A stretch of 64,000 nucleotides of DNA from an uncultured delta proteobacterium (lineage in GTDB: Bacteria > Desulfobacterota > RBG-13-43-22), in contig CAWJJC010000028.1 of NCBI GenBank assembly GCA_963843145.1, forward strand, positions 1 to 64,000, written 5' to 3'. Below, piece after piece: positions 33,286 to 44,730 of this stretch; within the stretch, counting starts at the first letter, position 1, and every line of letters begins with the position of its first letter. A program made the translations under genes and the position numbers. Below the pieces are notes generated by a model, which ran no database searches, was not told where the DNA came from, and saw nothing but the letters and a program-made list of their open reading frames with translations.

Positions 33286-33887
33286 GCGACCAAAGCCTCC
33301 AGATAGGGCCTCATGACGTGGCGCACACGGCAGATTTGAGCGTAGCGATCCAACTCGTCCATGGTAAATCGCCGCTCTCTCCAGGCTTCACGGAGGGCTT
33401 CAAGGGCCACATCGAGCCCAACCTTATTTCGGTATTTAAAAAGATCGGCCAGAGTCTTGGCGACGCTGTACAATCTCACCAATTGTCCTTCCAGGCGGTG
33501 AACTTCGATTCCGGAAGAGAAGGCTTCTCCGCTGAAGCGAACCACCCGCAACGGAGGATAATTGAGCCGCGGCTGCGGGGCCGAGCGTTCCAATGCCACC
33601 CAGATCTTGGCCGGCAGTTGTGTGCCGATAGCATGAAAGCTCAATACCGAAAGCAGACAAATCACGCCATCCGGGACTGCACGGGAAACGATAGTGAGGG
33701 TGTGGTGCTCAGTGATCGGATGATCCGGGAAGCGGTATTGCCCGCGAGCTATGCGTTCCAGTTCGCCCCGGCGAATTAACCGCGTAAGAAGCTGACTATG
33801 AATCCCCAATCGGATGGCTTCCCGAGCCGTGATGACGCCCATCTGGCGAGCCTGGGCCAACAGTTTTTTACGGTGTGAACCTTCCAT
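33282..33887 (-). CDS. abiEi: AbiEi antitoxin / transcription regulator
   Basis: wHTH LERIARGQY, ICLLSVLSFH, KTLADLFKYRNKVG; 4-bp overlap with the toxin. Confidence 0.9.
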   Translation of the reverse strand: MEGSHRKKLLAQARQMGVITAREAIRLGIHSQLLTRLIRRGELERIARGQYRFPDHPITEHHTLTIVSRAVPDGVICLLSVLSFHAIGTQLPAKIWVALERSAPQPRLNYPPLRVVRFSGEAFSSGIEVHRLEGQLVRLYSVAKTLADLFKYRNKVGLDVALEALREAWRERRFTMDELDRYAQICRVRHVMRPYLEALVA

Positions 33888-33935
33888 GTGTAAAATTATC
33901 TACATTTATATTTAATTGTCAACACTTTCACACAT
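33886..33935 (-). promoter_or_regulatory. abiE promoter framed by an inverted repeat
   Basis: Minus strand TTGACA-N16-GATAAT ending 7 nt before the ATG; IR atgtgtaaaa / tttcacacat. Confidence 0.6.
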
Positions 33936-34506
33936 CAATTCATTTTTGGTATCCGAACGATATCCTGTTATCGCCCCTTGAACTGAAGTCCCCGATCTGA
34001 ATGGGGAAGGAATGTCGATTGGCTTTGGGTATGTGTTTTCGGCTTAGATGCCTCTTTTGGGGGGTAAAAAAGGCACTTTATGGCCTCAAAGGACTGCCCG
34101 AATCAGTATGTTTTAATAAAAATTCATCAATTGGTCCATCTGGTCCGACCCAATGCTGTGTCAGCCACTTCTTGTACTCCCCGTACCGATTGCCCAGGTA
34201 GGACCGATTCGGCAAAAACGCTTCAAATTTAACCAATTCTTAAGATATCCAGCATGAGCATTTATATTCATGCAAGACTATTCTGACGAGTCAATTCTTG
34301 ACATCTTCAATATTTTTAGTAGGATATGGTTATATTTGAAACAATCTCAATTGGGGACGCCCCATTTCGTCACCCTTAAGATGTTTCCTGTATTGGCAAT
34401 TCAGAATAAACAACAGAATAATTTGTTGGCAGCCCAGGCGGTGTATCGCTTCAAGTCCGGGTGCCCGAACCACGACGAACGAATGAACTCAACCCACAGG
34501 GGAGAA

Positions 34507-37500
34507 ATGGCCTACCGCACTCCAGCCGACGTGAAGGAAGAATTCCGCGCCCATCCTCGACGCGCACTCATCCTCACGACCGTCGTCCACGAGAGCCGTG
34601 CGGTGAAAGCTTACCTACGAATCCGGAAATCTGATCGGCGAGAAAGGCGCATTCTACGAGTATGGCCGCTTTTCCGATCCCGCTGGGGATTGGCTTGTCG
34701 TCCATGCCATCACGTCCCAGGGGAACAGCGATGCAGGCCTTGCGCAAGCAAGGCCTTCAGGAGTTTGGAAGCTTCCAGGTGCTGATGTTCGTCGGCGTCG
34801 CCGGGTCGTTGAAGGAAGATATCCCAATCGGCAGCGTCGTCATTGGCGACTACGTCTACAATGGTCACTCCGCGAAGGTGGAAGACACGGAAACACTTGG
34901 CAGGCCTCATAGATTGGTCCCCGCACTAGAGCTTCTGACCGCTGCTCAAGGCCTCATCTACTCTGGATGAGTGGATAGATCTGATACGTGCTCCGGCTGG
35001 AATGGAGCTGCCGAACAAGGCGGACTACCCCTGCGATTTTCCTCCTTCGGCATTCATCAAAGGCATTGTTTCGGCGAGGAGGTGGTTGCTGGTAGACAAG
35101 TCACTCGCGATTCGCCTTGCTTCGTTCTCACTTCAACGACTGTGGCGCTGTCGAGATGGAAGGCTGGGGCGTCATGAACGCCGCACACTATGAGAACACG
35201 CCGGCCATAATCGTGCGCGGCATCTCGGATATGTGTGCCGGAAAGGATCACGCGAAGGACAAGTTGCATCAGCCGATCGCGGCTGCTCATGCCGCCGCGT
35301 TCGCGTTCAGCATTCTTTCGTTTCGGAGCAAGGTGCCGGCGACGGAAGGTCCGGTGTTGGATGGTGAAACGAAGAAGCCGGCAGCCGCGCAGGCCGCTGA
35401 GACTCCACCTCCTGAAGAGCGCCGGGTGGAGTTCGTTTTCAACTTCGAAGGCTCGAAGGACGAATGGTCCGAGGAGAAGGTTGAGGCCGTCGTCGAGCGT
35501 CTCAAGCAGGCGATTGACGACGAGAAGCTGAAGCTGGTTCGCATTGATGTCGGGTCTGTTCGGCTCGTGATGAGCGTCCGCGAGAGTGACCTCGCAGCTA
35601 TGGACTTGGCGAAGCTTCGGGAAGCCGCGTCGGATAGTGGAGTCACCCTCCTTGGCGCGACGCCGTTGGAACTGGTGGGCGAAGCGGAAAAGGCCAAGGA
35701 GGCCTTGGCTGCAGCTTCCGTTGATCTTCTCGCCTGGGAAAAGACACTTCCGAACGGCCGGTGGATGGAGAGACCCGAACAGGAAAGTATCGAAGCCCGC
35801 TTTCAGTCTCAACACTAGCTCAACGGTACTGCTTGGCGAACCGGGCTCAGGCAAGTCGGCCCTTCTTTCGAAGATCGCGTCTGACCTACTTGATCAACGG
35901 TGCTCCCGTGTTCGCTCTGAAAGGCGGACTTCCTTTCGACGGAGGTCCAAACCGAAACCGACTTGCAGCGCGAACTGCAGTTACCGGCTCCACCCAGTGA
36001 TCTCATTCTTCGCCTGGCAGCGCTGCAGCCGGTTTACGTCTTCATTGATCAACTGGATGCGCTTGCAAGCCAACTTGACCTTCGAAGCGGGCGATTGAAC
36101 GTCCTCCTCAACCTGGTCCGTCGCATCGGCAGCGCACCTAACGTTCATGTGCTGCTTTCTGCGCGCACCTTCGAATTCAACCACGATGTTCGACTTCGGG
36201 CAATCGAAGCTGAAGCGGTGACGCTGGCGCTTCCGCCTTGGCATGAGGTGAAAGAGCGGCTCGCCGAATTGGCATCGACCCTGATACCTGGCCCGAGAAA
36301 GCCCGAGATATCGTGCGCATTCCGCAGGCTTTGAAGACTTTCATCGCTCTTGTGGGTTCGGGACGAACTGAGCCCTTCACCACTTATCAAGCGATGCTTG
36401 AGCAGCTCTGGCACGACCGGATTGCTTCAGCCGACGATAGCGAAAGTCTTATCGCGCTCGCCTCAGACCTCGCCGGACAGATGGCGGAGGAAGAGGCTCT
36501 TTGGCTTGCGGCCTCGCGCTTCGACGATCGTTTGAATTCCCTCAAGCGCCTAGAAGCGCTGGGGTTCATTGTTCGGTCGGAAAACAATCTCAGTGTCGCC
36601 TTTAGCCACCAGACGCTCTTCGACTACGTCCTTGCCAGGACCTTCGTTCGAAACGCAGGGCTGCTATCGACGTACGTCCTAGAGCGCCAAGATTCATTAT
36701 TCGTCCGAGCAAAAGTCTGGTCGGCGCTAATTATCTGCGGGAGGCCGAAGTCAGATCCTACGAACGCGAGCTCCTTGAGATTTGGAAGACAAAGGACCTG
36801 CGGCGCCATCTTCGCCTCCTTCTGATCGAATTTCCTCGGCCAAGTGAGTCAGCCACTTGAATTCGAGAGGACGTGCATGGCCGAAGCGCTGAAATCTCCC
36901 GAATTTCGCATGTTCGGACTCAAAGCGATTGGCAGTAGCTCAGGATGGTTCACTCATTTCGCTTCGACAGCTATTCGAGATGCGATGTCAGGCACGGATG
37001 CCGAGGCGGGCCAAGCGTGTAGGATACTTGCACTCAAACTGGAAGACGGATAGCGCGCGGGTCATTCGGCTCATCAGAGAGCGCTGGTTGCCCTCATCCG
37101 GAGAGGGACAGTTATTCGTGGATGGCCATACATGAATGCCCGATTTGGACTGGTGAAGTTGAAGAGATTGCGGTGACTGTCCTTAAGCGCACCCGATCTC
37201 GATATGGCAAGTTGAGCACACCCGCAATGACACTCGCGGTAGAGCAGCCAGAAGTGGCCCTGCGTTTGGTCCGAGCTAAGCTCGACTTACTCCTTGCTGA
37301 GGCGAAAGGCAGGCCGGAGCCGCCGCCCTTTCCCGCGGATGGCACCGAGGACGAGAAGACATCCTGGTATATTGAACATCACCGAACGAAGGAGTTTAAA
37401 GACCTACTCGACGCAACGGAATGGAACGATCTACCATCCCTAGCGGAAGCTGCGCCCGCAACGTTCCTACAATACCTCTGGCCCTGGTACGTCTCCGTCT

Positions 37501-39684
37501 TCTCGGAAATTCTTGCCCGCAAAGACAGGGAAGGGTAAAGCATATCTATCCTGGGCAATACGTTCTCGAAATCGAATTGACGCCTTCTGAGGCTCGATCA
37601 GCGTCACGGGAAAAGCCGGTGATGAGCGCTCTCCAAATCGCGGTCGAGGAACTGGCTGCAAAAGTCGCCGGAAGAATTTATGAAGTGGGCGGAAGAGAAC
37701 TCGAATCTTGAGATCTTGGCTGTCCAACAGCTGATCGCGCATGGGTATAAAGTCGCGGCAGATCAGTTGGCGTCGAAGGCTTTCGAATGGCTTCTTCTCG
37801 ATCACGCCGGTTCCAACTGGGCACTGGCTATGGTCATCGGCGCACGACGATCGATCTCGTGCGGGCGTGTGCGCCACATTGGTCAAAGGAGGAGATCAGT
37901 CGCTTTGAGAAGGCAGTTCTCAGCTATCGTCCTCCAGTTCCAGAACACCTCAAGGAGCCAAAACAGCGCAAGCTGTTCGCAGACTGGTTCGAGCAACCAA
38001 GAAGGATCTCTTCAAGCTGTCGGCATAGAACGACTGGCTCCCGAGAACCGCAAATTGGTGGCTACCGAACAGCGCGCGTTGGGCGACCGATTCGATCGCT
38101 CGATAAGCAGGTTAAAGGCGGGTTGATAGGATCGCCCATGGAAGCTGCCGCGATGTCCAAGGCCAAAGATCGCGACATCCTCAAGATCTTCCGCGAGATC
38201 CCCGACAACACGGATTGGGGTCATCCGACGCATTGGATGCGAGGCGGCAACATTCAACTGTCTCGGGCTTTCGCCGAATTCGCCCGGACTGATCCTGAGC
38301 GAGCAATCCGTCTCATGGAGCAGTTCGAGCCGCTCCAGCAGGAGCGGGCCGCCGGCTATGCGCTCGATGCGATGGCCGACGATGCTCCGAACGATAGTCG
38401 CATCATCGAGGCTCTCCTCGATTTGCACGCTCGCGGATTCCAGGCAGAGGAATTTAGGGACTCAGCCGCACGTGCCATCGAAAAGATCGCAGAAAGAAAG
38501 GCCGACATCGGTGAAGAAGTGATCAACATACTAATGGAGTGGCTGAGTCTTACAGATACCCGCTCTGAGGAGGGAGGAGTGAGGACGAGGACATCGAACT
38601 CACTTCGAGACTCGAAAGATGATGACTTTAAGGAAGGAAGTATTCTTTGGGGTCATGGAACATCTCGTTCCTTCCAGGCGGCAACTTCAACATACTCTCG
38701 GCGCTCGCTTCGATTCTCTTAAACAGGAAGGAATGCAGGTCGAGATCGCTATCTTCGAAATTCTCGATGACCATTTCTCGCGTGAGCGAAATCCAAATAT
38801 ATGGAAGGCGCTCCTCATTAGTCTCGGCAACTCCGGCGGTTCATCGCCGCAGGTAGTGTCAACCTTCCTCCGCAAGTTATTTGATCGCTTCCCTGAAATC
38901 CTTGCAACCCATGAAGCCATCATTTTTCTTGCCCACGCCCAGCAACTGGGACGACCAGCTTGTGTTCGACCTCATCAGCGATTGGCGCAAGTCGGACCAA
39001 GCGTTCTTGCAGCAAGCCTACGGCGAACTTGTCGGCTTGGTTGCCACAGTGAAGGAGAGGACAACTGGCTGCGGGCACGGGACGAGATCATCGCCTCCGG
39101 CACTGAAGACATAAAGATCGGCTTGGCGCATGCCGCTGTGAACATGTGGTCCGATGAGAAGTCTACGGCTGAGTGCAGGCGAAGACGCTGATCGCCTTGC
39201 TAAAGGGGGCGAGCAAAGGACCTTGTCGCGGCGGTGATGGACGTCTTCAGGGTGACCGACGAACTCGCACCTGACGTGTCAACGGTGCGAATTGCTGCGC
39301 GCGCTGGCAGACCCCGGCACGGATATGTCGGCCGCGCCCTCTCATTTCGTGGTGGAGCGCCTTCAGAGCGCTACTCCCGCACGAGGCGGAGCTTATTGCG
39401 ACCATTGCTGAGAAGCTCGTCGCCGCTTGGCGTGGTGAACTTGGAGACATGCGGACTGGAACGGTCAACTGCTGCACCGCAACTAACCGACCTTGCACTT
39501 ACGCTTCATCGGCTTGGGGGAGCGTCGCGTCAGTCCGGCGTCGCCCTCTTCGAGACAATGATCGAAATCGATGCGTATGGTGCGCGAGAGACTCTAGCTG
39601 AGATCGATGGGCGTTTCGGCCCGCACCAGGCAGCACGCACGGCAGCGACTTGCGCGGCGACGCAGGCCTCGCGGTCGACGTTGA
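34507..39684 (+). CDS. Nucleoside phosphorylase (PNP/MTAN)-STAND NTPase, Avs/NLR-like, roughly 1700 aa, heavily frameshifted
   Basis: ALILT..E..AV, MFVGVAGSL, AVEMEGWG, IVRGISD (PNP); LLGEPGSGKS (Walker A); VFIDQLDAL (Walker B); FSHQTLFDY; long helical C-terminal region in successive ORF fragments. Confidence 0.8.
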
Positions 39685-40071
39685 TAAGCAGCCTAACTCT
39701 TTTTTAAGAATTGAATCGGGGATTGAATCGCGGTCGGACCCAATGCCGTTAACTTAACAGAAAGAGCCTGTTTTTGCTATCTTTAATGGTTTCGGGAGCC
39801 AGGGGCAAGGGCTGGGGAACGGGGTATTTGCGAGGACGTCCCCGGCGACGTTTTTCCAGGCCCCGACTTTTTCGGCGATATTCCTGTCGATCCCGAGTGA
39901 AATGACGGCCCGGCTTTATACACACACGGTGCCGGGCACAGGCCTATACAAAGACCTCCCAGATTAGGAGCCAGAGCGGAGGTAATCCCCCGGGGCGAGG
40001 GTCCTCAGGACCTGAGGGTTGGGGATAGAGGAGGAGTGAGTCTGTGACGATGATGGAAATAAACCCAATCA

Positions 40072-40662
40072 GTGGAGTTGAACCGCCTCTGGGAGCCTGT
40101 CAGGCCCTACCTGGCTCGGCAAGTGAGCGAATTGTATGGCCGAGATGATGGCAGTGTCCTCGAAGTAGGCCCTTTTTCCGGGCTGGCGCTGGAACTCGCC
40201 CGCAGAGGCATCGGCGCGTCCTTTCATATGGCCGTGTTTCCCGGCGAAGTTGCAGAGACCTTGAAAGGAGAGGCGCGGGAAATGGGGCTTGAAGACAAGG
40301 TGACCATAGCCGAAAGCGACGACAAACTATCAGGGGTTTCCGCGGAGGCCTTCGACCTAGTCGTTTTCAGGGGGGCTTTCTTTTTCCCGTCCTTTTTCAG
40401 ACCCGACCTGGCGGCAATCTACCGGTCTCTGAAGCCCGGAGGCCTGGCTTTTGTCGGAGGCGGATTCGGATGCCATACCCCAGAGGATGTCATCCGGGGC
40501 ATCGAGATGCGCTCGAAGGGCCTCAACCAAGCTCTGGGCCGGGTCAGGATAACCGAAAGGGACCTGTGGTCGCTCCTCGAAGCGGCCGAACTGAAGAAAA
40601 AGGCGACAATGATTACCGAAGGTGGCTTATGGGTCGTGTTGAGGAGAGGATTTCCTACTTGA
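40072..40662 (+). CDS. Class I SAM-dependent methyltransferase-like protein
   Basis: VLEVGPFSG, FDLVVFRG, IYRSLKPGG. Confidence 0.8.
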   Translation: MELNRLWEPVRPYLARQVSELYGRDDGSVLEVGPFSGLALELARRGIGASFHMAVFPGEVAETLKGEAREMGLEDKVTIAESDDKLSGVSAEAFDLVVFRGAFFFPSFFRPDLAAIYRSLKPGGLAFVGGGFGCHTPEDVIRGIEMRSKGLNQALGRVRITERDLWSLLEAAELKKKATMITEGGLWVVLRRGFPT

Positions 40663-41392
40663 ATGCCTTGATAAGAGACAGGCGATTGTGGGGACGAGCG
40701 TGAAATCCTCCAAGGGGAATGCCCCACCGATAGCGTGAACCCGATCGCCGAGACTGCGGGCTCCGGGTGGCGCTCACATTGGCGCCTTGGGCATCGCCAA
40801 TGCAGCGTTGCCCCCATCGGCTCCACGTCCCGGTGGGATCCGCCGCAATTCGTCACCCACCAGGCCATTGGACACCGGCTGGAGTTTATTCCGCGGATGG
40901 CGGACTCGGGGTGACGCTGTAGGCAGGAAAAACCTTTTCGCCGAGACCCCACGGCCATACCAGATCTGAGGAGTACCCACCCAAAAGGCCGAAGCGTCAA
41001 AAAATAAACAACGGTTCTACTCGTATCATCAGCTTCTGTCTCAATGGGTTTCATAAGTGCCCCCTCGATTATCACTCGGGAACCCATCACGGACCGACAT
41101 CTATTTCCGCTCGGTTGGATAGTTCGCCTGATCCCAATCACTCCAGCCGCCCTTAAGGGCATAGACTTTTTTGAATCCCAGACTGATAAGCTTCCGTGCC
41201 ACACGGACACTGGTGATCTCCTTTAGTCAGGAGCAATAAAGAACAATGGTTTTTCCCTTTTAGATTAAACCTCAAAACACTTGACTTTCCCTGTTAAACC
41301 TGTCCCAAATATCTTTTTGGGCCTTATGGGCAGATAGGGTTTTTAGGGTGTCTGCCCGAGGTCTTTTATACTCCAATCGCAAAAGGTGGCTG

Positions 41393-44194
41393 ATGAAAAA
41401 GAACGTTAATAGCGCCATGATTTTGAGTTTAGTGGTGCTGTCAGTCTTGATTTCTCAAGGTTTGGCCGAGGCTCAGGGGCCGTCGATCTTCGGCGCTCAG
41501 ATGAACAATGCCATCGACGAGGCGGAGGGGCTGTCTCAGGCGTTGGCCGGCGGGGTTTACTGGGTTCGCTTTGATGCCTTCGAGTGGGACCGGATCGAAC
41601 CGGTGCCAACCGTCCCCTCCACCTTTCACTGGGAAAACGTCGATGAAAGCAGCCTCCAACGGGCCAACCAGAACGGACTCAACGTTATTGCCGTGGTCAA
41701 GTACACTCCCGACTGGGCCCAGAAATACCCCGGCTCGGCCTGCGGCCCGGTAAAAAGCAAGGCCTTCGCGGGCTTCGCCGAATTCTTGGCCGCAGTAGTC
41801 AACCGCTACAAAGGATCTCCCTACAACATCAAATACTGGGAGTTGGGTAATGAGATCGATGCCCCGGTCTACTATGAACGGAGCGTTTTCGGCTGCTGGG
41901 GAGATGGGGGTGATCCGTATTTCGGCGGAGAGTACTACGCGCAGATGCTCAAGGCGGCCTACCCGGCCATCAAAGCGGCCGATCCCGAAGCCCAGGTGCT
42001 GCTCGGGGGATTGGTCCTGGACAATCCCAACGAGATCCCTTATACGATCGCTCGCTTCCTCGAAGGGGTGCTTCGGGGCGGCGGGGGTCCATTTTTCGAC
42101 CTGGTAAACTTTCATTCCTACTCCTACTTCACCGGAGTCCCCGGTCTGCTCTATAATCCTAATTGGCCCGGTTCGCCCACTGCCCTTCCTGAAAAAACCG
42201 CTTTTCTTAAAAACATCCTCAACCGTTACGGGTGGGGGAATAAACCGCTGATTAATACCGAGACCGCCCTTTATTGCGATGTCAATAGCGACCCCTGTCT
42301 TGAAACCCAGGCCGTGTTTGTGGCCAAAGCCTACGCCGATGGAATCGCCTTGGGCCTTCAGGGATTGGTCTATTATGCCTTAAAAAGCGAGTGGCGTCTT
42401 ACCGGCCTGCTCCGACCCGACAACACCCCGCGGCCTTCCTACCTGGCCTTTAAGACCGCGGCCGACTTTTTAAGCCGCGCCCGGTATCGGGGTCCGGTCT
42501 CCGGGTACCCGGCCGGGATCTTCGGCCACACCTTCTGGCCTCAGGTGGGAACTTCCATCGAGGTGATCTGGGCAACGGATGGCGCCCCCCAATCCGTTCC
42601 CTTACCCTCCGGGGCCGAGGCCTTCGACCTTTACGGAACCCCCCTTTCGGTTTCCGGAGGCGCGATTACCGTCGATTACGGGCCGGTGTATATTCGAAAA
42701 TTTTATAACACCCTCAATCCGATATCTTCCATGACCTCCTTGCCCCCGGAGTCGCTTTTTACTGTTTCCCTTTCCTGGTCCGGCCAAGGCGCCGGCAGTA
42801 TCTCCAGTTACGACCTCCAGGTTCGGATGGGGCTCGATGGTCAGTGGACCGACCTCCTCCCAGACACTATCCTCACCAGCACTAATTACGACCTGGTTCC
42901 CGGAATTACCTATTACTTCCGTGTCCGGGCAAAGGATATTGATGGAAAGATAGAAGATTGGCCGGTTCAATACAATACTTCTACCTCCGTTGACTTTACC
43001 AAACCTGCTTCCTCGATGGCGGCCTTACCCGCGAATTCTTCGACCAGTATGATCTTGAATTGGTCGGGTTTCGATGCCCTTAGCGGAGTAGCCGGGTACG
43101 ATTTACAAGTGCGGGCGGGAACCGACGGCCAGTGGATCGACCTACTGGTAAACACGACGGCCACCAGCACCACGTACACTGTAACCAATGACACCACCTA
43201 CTATTTTCGTGTCCGTGCCAGAGACGTGGCGGGGAATGTCGAGGATTGGCCCTCGGACTACGATACCTTCACTCTGGTAGACACGGTGGCCCCTACCGGC
43301 AGTTTGGTCATTAATAACGGCGCACGCAGTACGACTTTTGCCGACGTTCAGCTTGCTCTCTCGGGAGAGGATGTCTCCGGAAAGGTTACCCAAATGAGAT
43401 TTTCGAATGAGGGGACCGTCTGGAGTGAATGGGAATCGTATGCCGGCTCGAAAAGCTGGACGCTGACCAGCGGGGATGGTTTAAAGACCGTTTGGGTCCA
43501 ATTCCAAGACGAAGCTGGAAACGTTTCTGTCCCCATCTCCAGCTCGATTACGCTTGACCTGGCCGCCGGGGGAGAATATGCCCTCTCGATTAATCAGGGA
43601 GCGCCCTTTACTAATCAAACCTTAGTTACTCTAACCATCGGTTCCAGGCCATTCACCTCTGAAATGATGGTCAGCAACGACGTAGGGTTTGCCGGGGCCT
43701 ACTGGGAGCCCTATAACAGCCTAAAGCCCTGGCAAATAAAGGGCTTCAAATATTTTGTCAGTCCCAGGGTAGTTTATATTCGATACAAAAATGCGGATGG
43801 AAGTATTTCGAGCAGTTATCAAGATGATATTATATTGGATGTGAATCCGCCGCTGGGCGATGTCCGGATAGTTGCACTAACCGCCAACCGGATCATAATC
43901 TCTGAGCCCGATAGGGGGTACCCCGTGAAATTGCCCAATGTCGGTTATAAAATCTTCCTCCCTGTGATTCAAAACCCTCTCCAGGGAACTTTGGTTAAAT
44001 TGGAATTAACCGCCAGCGACGATGTCAGCGGCGTAGGTCAAATGCTGATCAGTAATAATGCCGACTTCAGCGGGGCCTCTTGGGAGCCCTATAGACCCTT
44101 GAGGGACTGGGGGATGACCGGTTCAACGATTTATGTGAAGTTTAAAGATAATGCCGGGAATATTTCTAAAATTTATTCGGCCTCCAGGCCTTGA
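41393..44194 (+). CDS. Secreted clan GH-A glycoside hydrolase with FN3 and Ig-like repeats
   Basis: Signal peptide; YWELGNEID and LINTE catalytic glutamates; two YYFRVRA FN3 domains; repeated FxDxAGN.S modules; internal YKIFLPVIQN. Confidence 0.85.
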   Translation: MKKNVNSAMILSLVVLSVLISQGLAEAQGPSIFGAQMNNAIDEAEGLSQALAGGVYWVRFDAFEWDRIEPVPTVPSTFHWENVDESSLQRANQNGLNVIAVVKYTPDWAQKYPGSACGPVKSKAFAGFAEFLAAVVNRYKGSPYNIKYWELGNEIDAPVYYERSVFGCWGDGGDPYFGGEYYAQMLKAAYPAIKAADPEAQVLLGGLVLDNPNEIPYTIARFLEGVLRGGGGPFFDLVNFHSYSYFTGVPGLLYNPNWPGSPTALPEKTAFLKNILNRYGWGNKPLINTETALYCDVNSDPCLETQAVFVAKAYADGIALGLQGLVYYALKSEWRLTGLLRPDNTPRPSYLAFKTAADFLSRARYRGPVSGYPAGIFGHTFWPQVGTSIEVIWATDGAPQSVPLPSGAEAFDLYGTPLSVSGGAITVDYGPVYIRKFYNTLNPISSMTSLPPESLFTVSLSWSGQGAGSISSYDLQVRMGLDGQWTDLLPDTILTSTNYDLVPGITYYFRVRAKDIDGKIEDWPVQYNTSTSVDFTKPASSMAALPANSSTSMILNWSGFDALSGVAGYDLQVRAGTDGQWIDLLVNTTATSTTYTVTNDTTYYFRVRARDVAGNVEDWPSDYDTFTLVDTVAPTGSLVINNGARSTTFADVQLALSGEDVSGKVTQMRFSNEGTVWSEWESYAGSKSWTLTSGDGLKTVWVQFQDEAGNVSVPISSSITLDLAAGGEYALSINQGAPFTNQTLVTLTIGSRPFTSEMMVSNDVGFAGAYWEPYNSLKPWQIKGFKYFVSPRVVYIRYKNADGSISSSYQDDIILDVNPPLGDVRIVALTANRIIISEPDRGYPVKLPNVGYKIFLPVIQNPLQGTLVKLELTASDDVSGVGQMLISNNADFSGASWEPYRPLRDWGMTGSTIYVKFKDNAGNISKIYSASRP

Positions 44195-44385
44195 AAATCA
44201 TCAATTTGGTGAAAGCCTCTGGAAAGCGTATTTGAATTTCCCGGCCATTTTATCCCCAGGGTCTTCCCGGTTCGATGGGGAGGTGAATGATTCGGCATGT
44301 TCATGAAAGCCAGCTAACCATACAGCGGATCGATCACCGCTCCCGCTGATGGCCCCGTAGTGTAAGGCCGATAAGTTGAGGAGGA

Positions 44386-44730
44386 CTATAAATCCAGTAC
44401 GAGCCGCAGCCCTTCCTCGATGGAACGCAGTGTTTTGCTCTTCAGGCGGCCGGCTTTTTCAGTGAGGAAACTCCGGTCTACTGTAATGACCTGGGAGACA
44501 TTGGCGACGGAATCCCTCGGCAGGCCGGATTCTGAGGCCGGGATCAATAGATTTCCCGGCGCTTCAGCCAGATGAAGGTTGGAGGTCAGCACGACCGCGA
44601 TGCTGGTTCGGATGCGGCTGCGATTGAACGAATCGGACTGGATGATCACTACCGGTCTTCGGTAACCGGGTTCTGAGGCGCTGGGATCCGGGAGTTGCGC
44701 CCACCAGACCTCTCCCCGCTCCATCACCAC
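44386..44730 (-). CDS. mazF: PemK/MazF toxin
   Basis: RGEVWWA, GYRRPVVIIQSDSFN, SGLPRDSVANVSQ. Confidence 0.93.
   Translation of the reverse strand: MVMERGEVWWAQLPDPSASEPGYRRPVVIIQSDSFNRSRIRTSIAVVLTSNLHLAEAPGNLLIPASESGLPRDSVANVSQVITVDRSFLTEKAGRLKSKTLRSIEEGLRLVLDL

Noticed and set aside
34962-34975. UGA in the PNP domain as a second selenocysteine
   Set aside because: Homology continues in a different frame, so it is an indel and not readthrough.
17179-39750. Prophage or ICE as carrier of the defence island
   Set aside because: No integrase, relaxase, phage structural gene or tRNA target is visible.
39760-41340. GC-rich non-coding stretches around the methyltransferase as a riboswitch or ncRNA, and the 263-aa minus ORF 40419-41210
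   Set aside because: I could not recognise a riboswitch consensus. The ORF has no motifs and overlaps a better gene.
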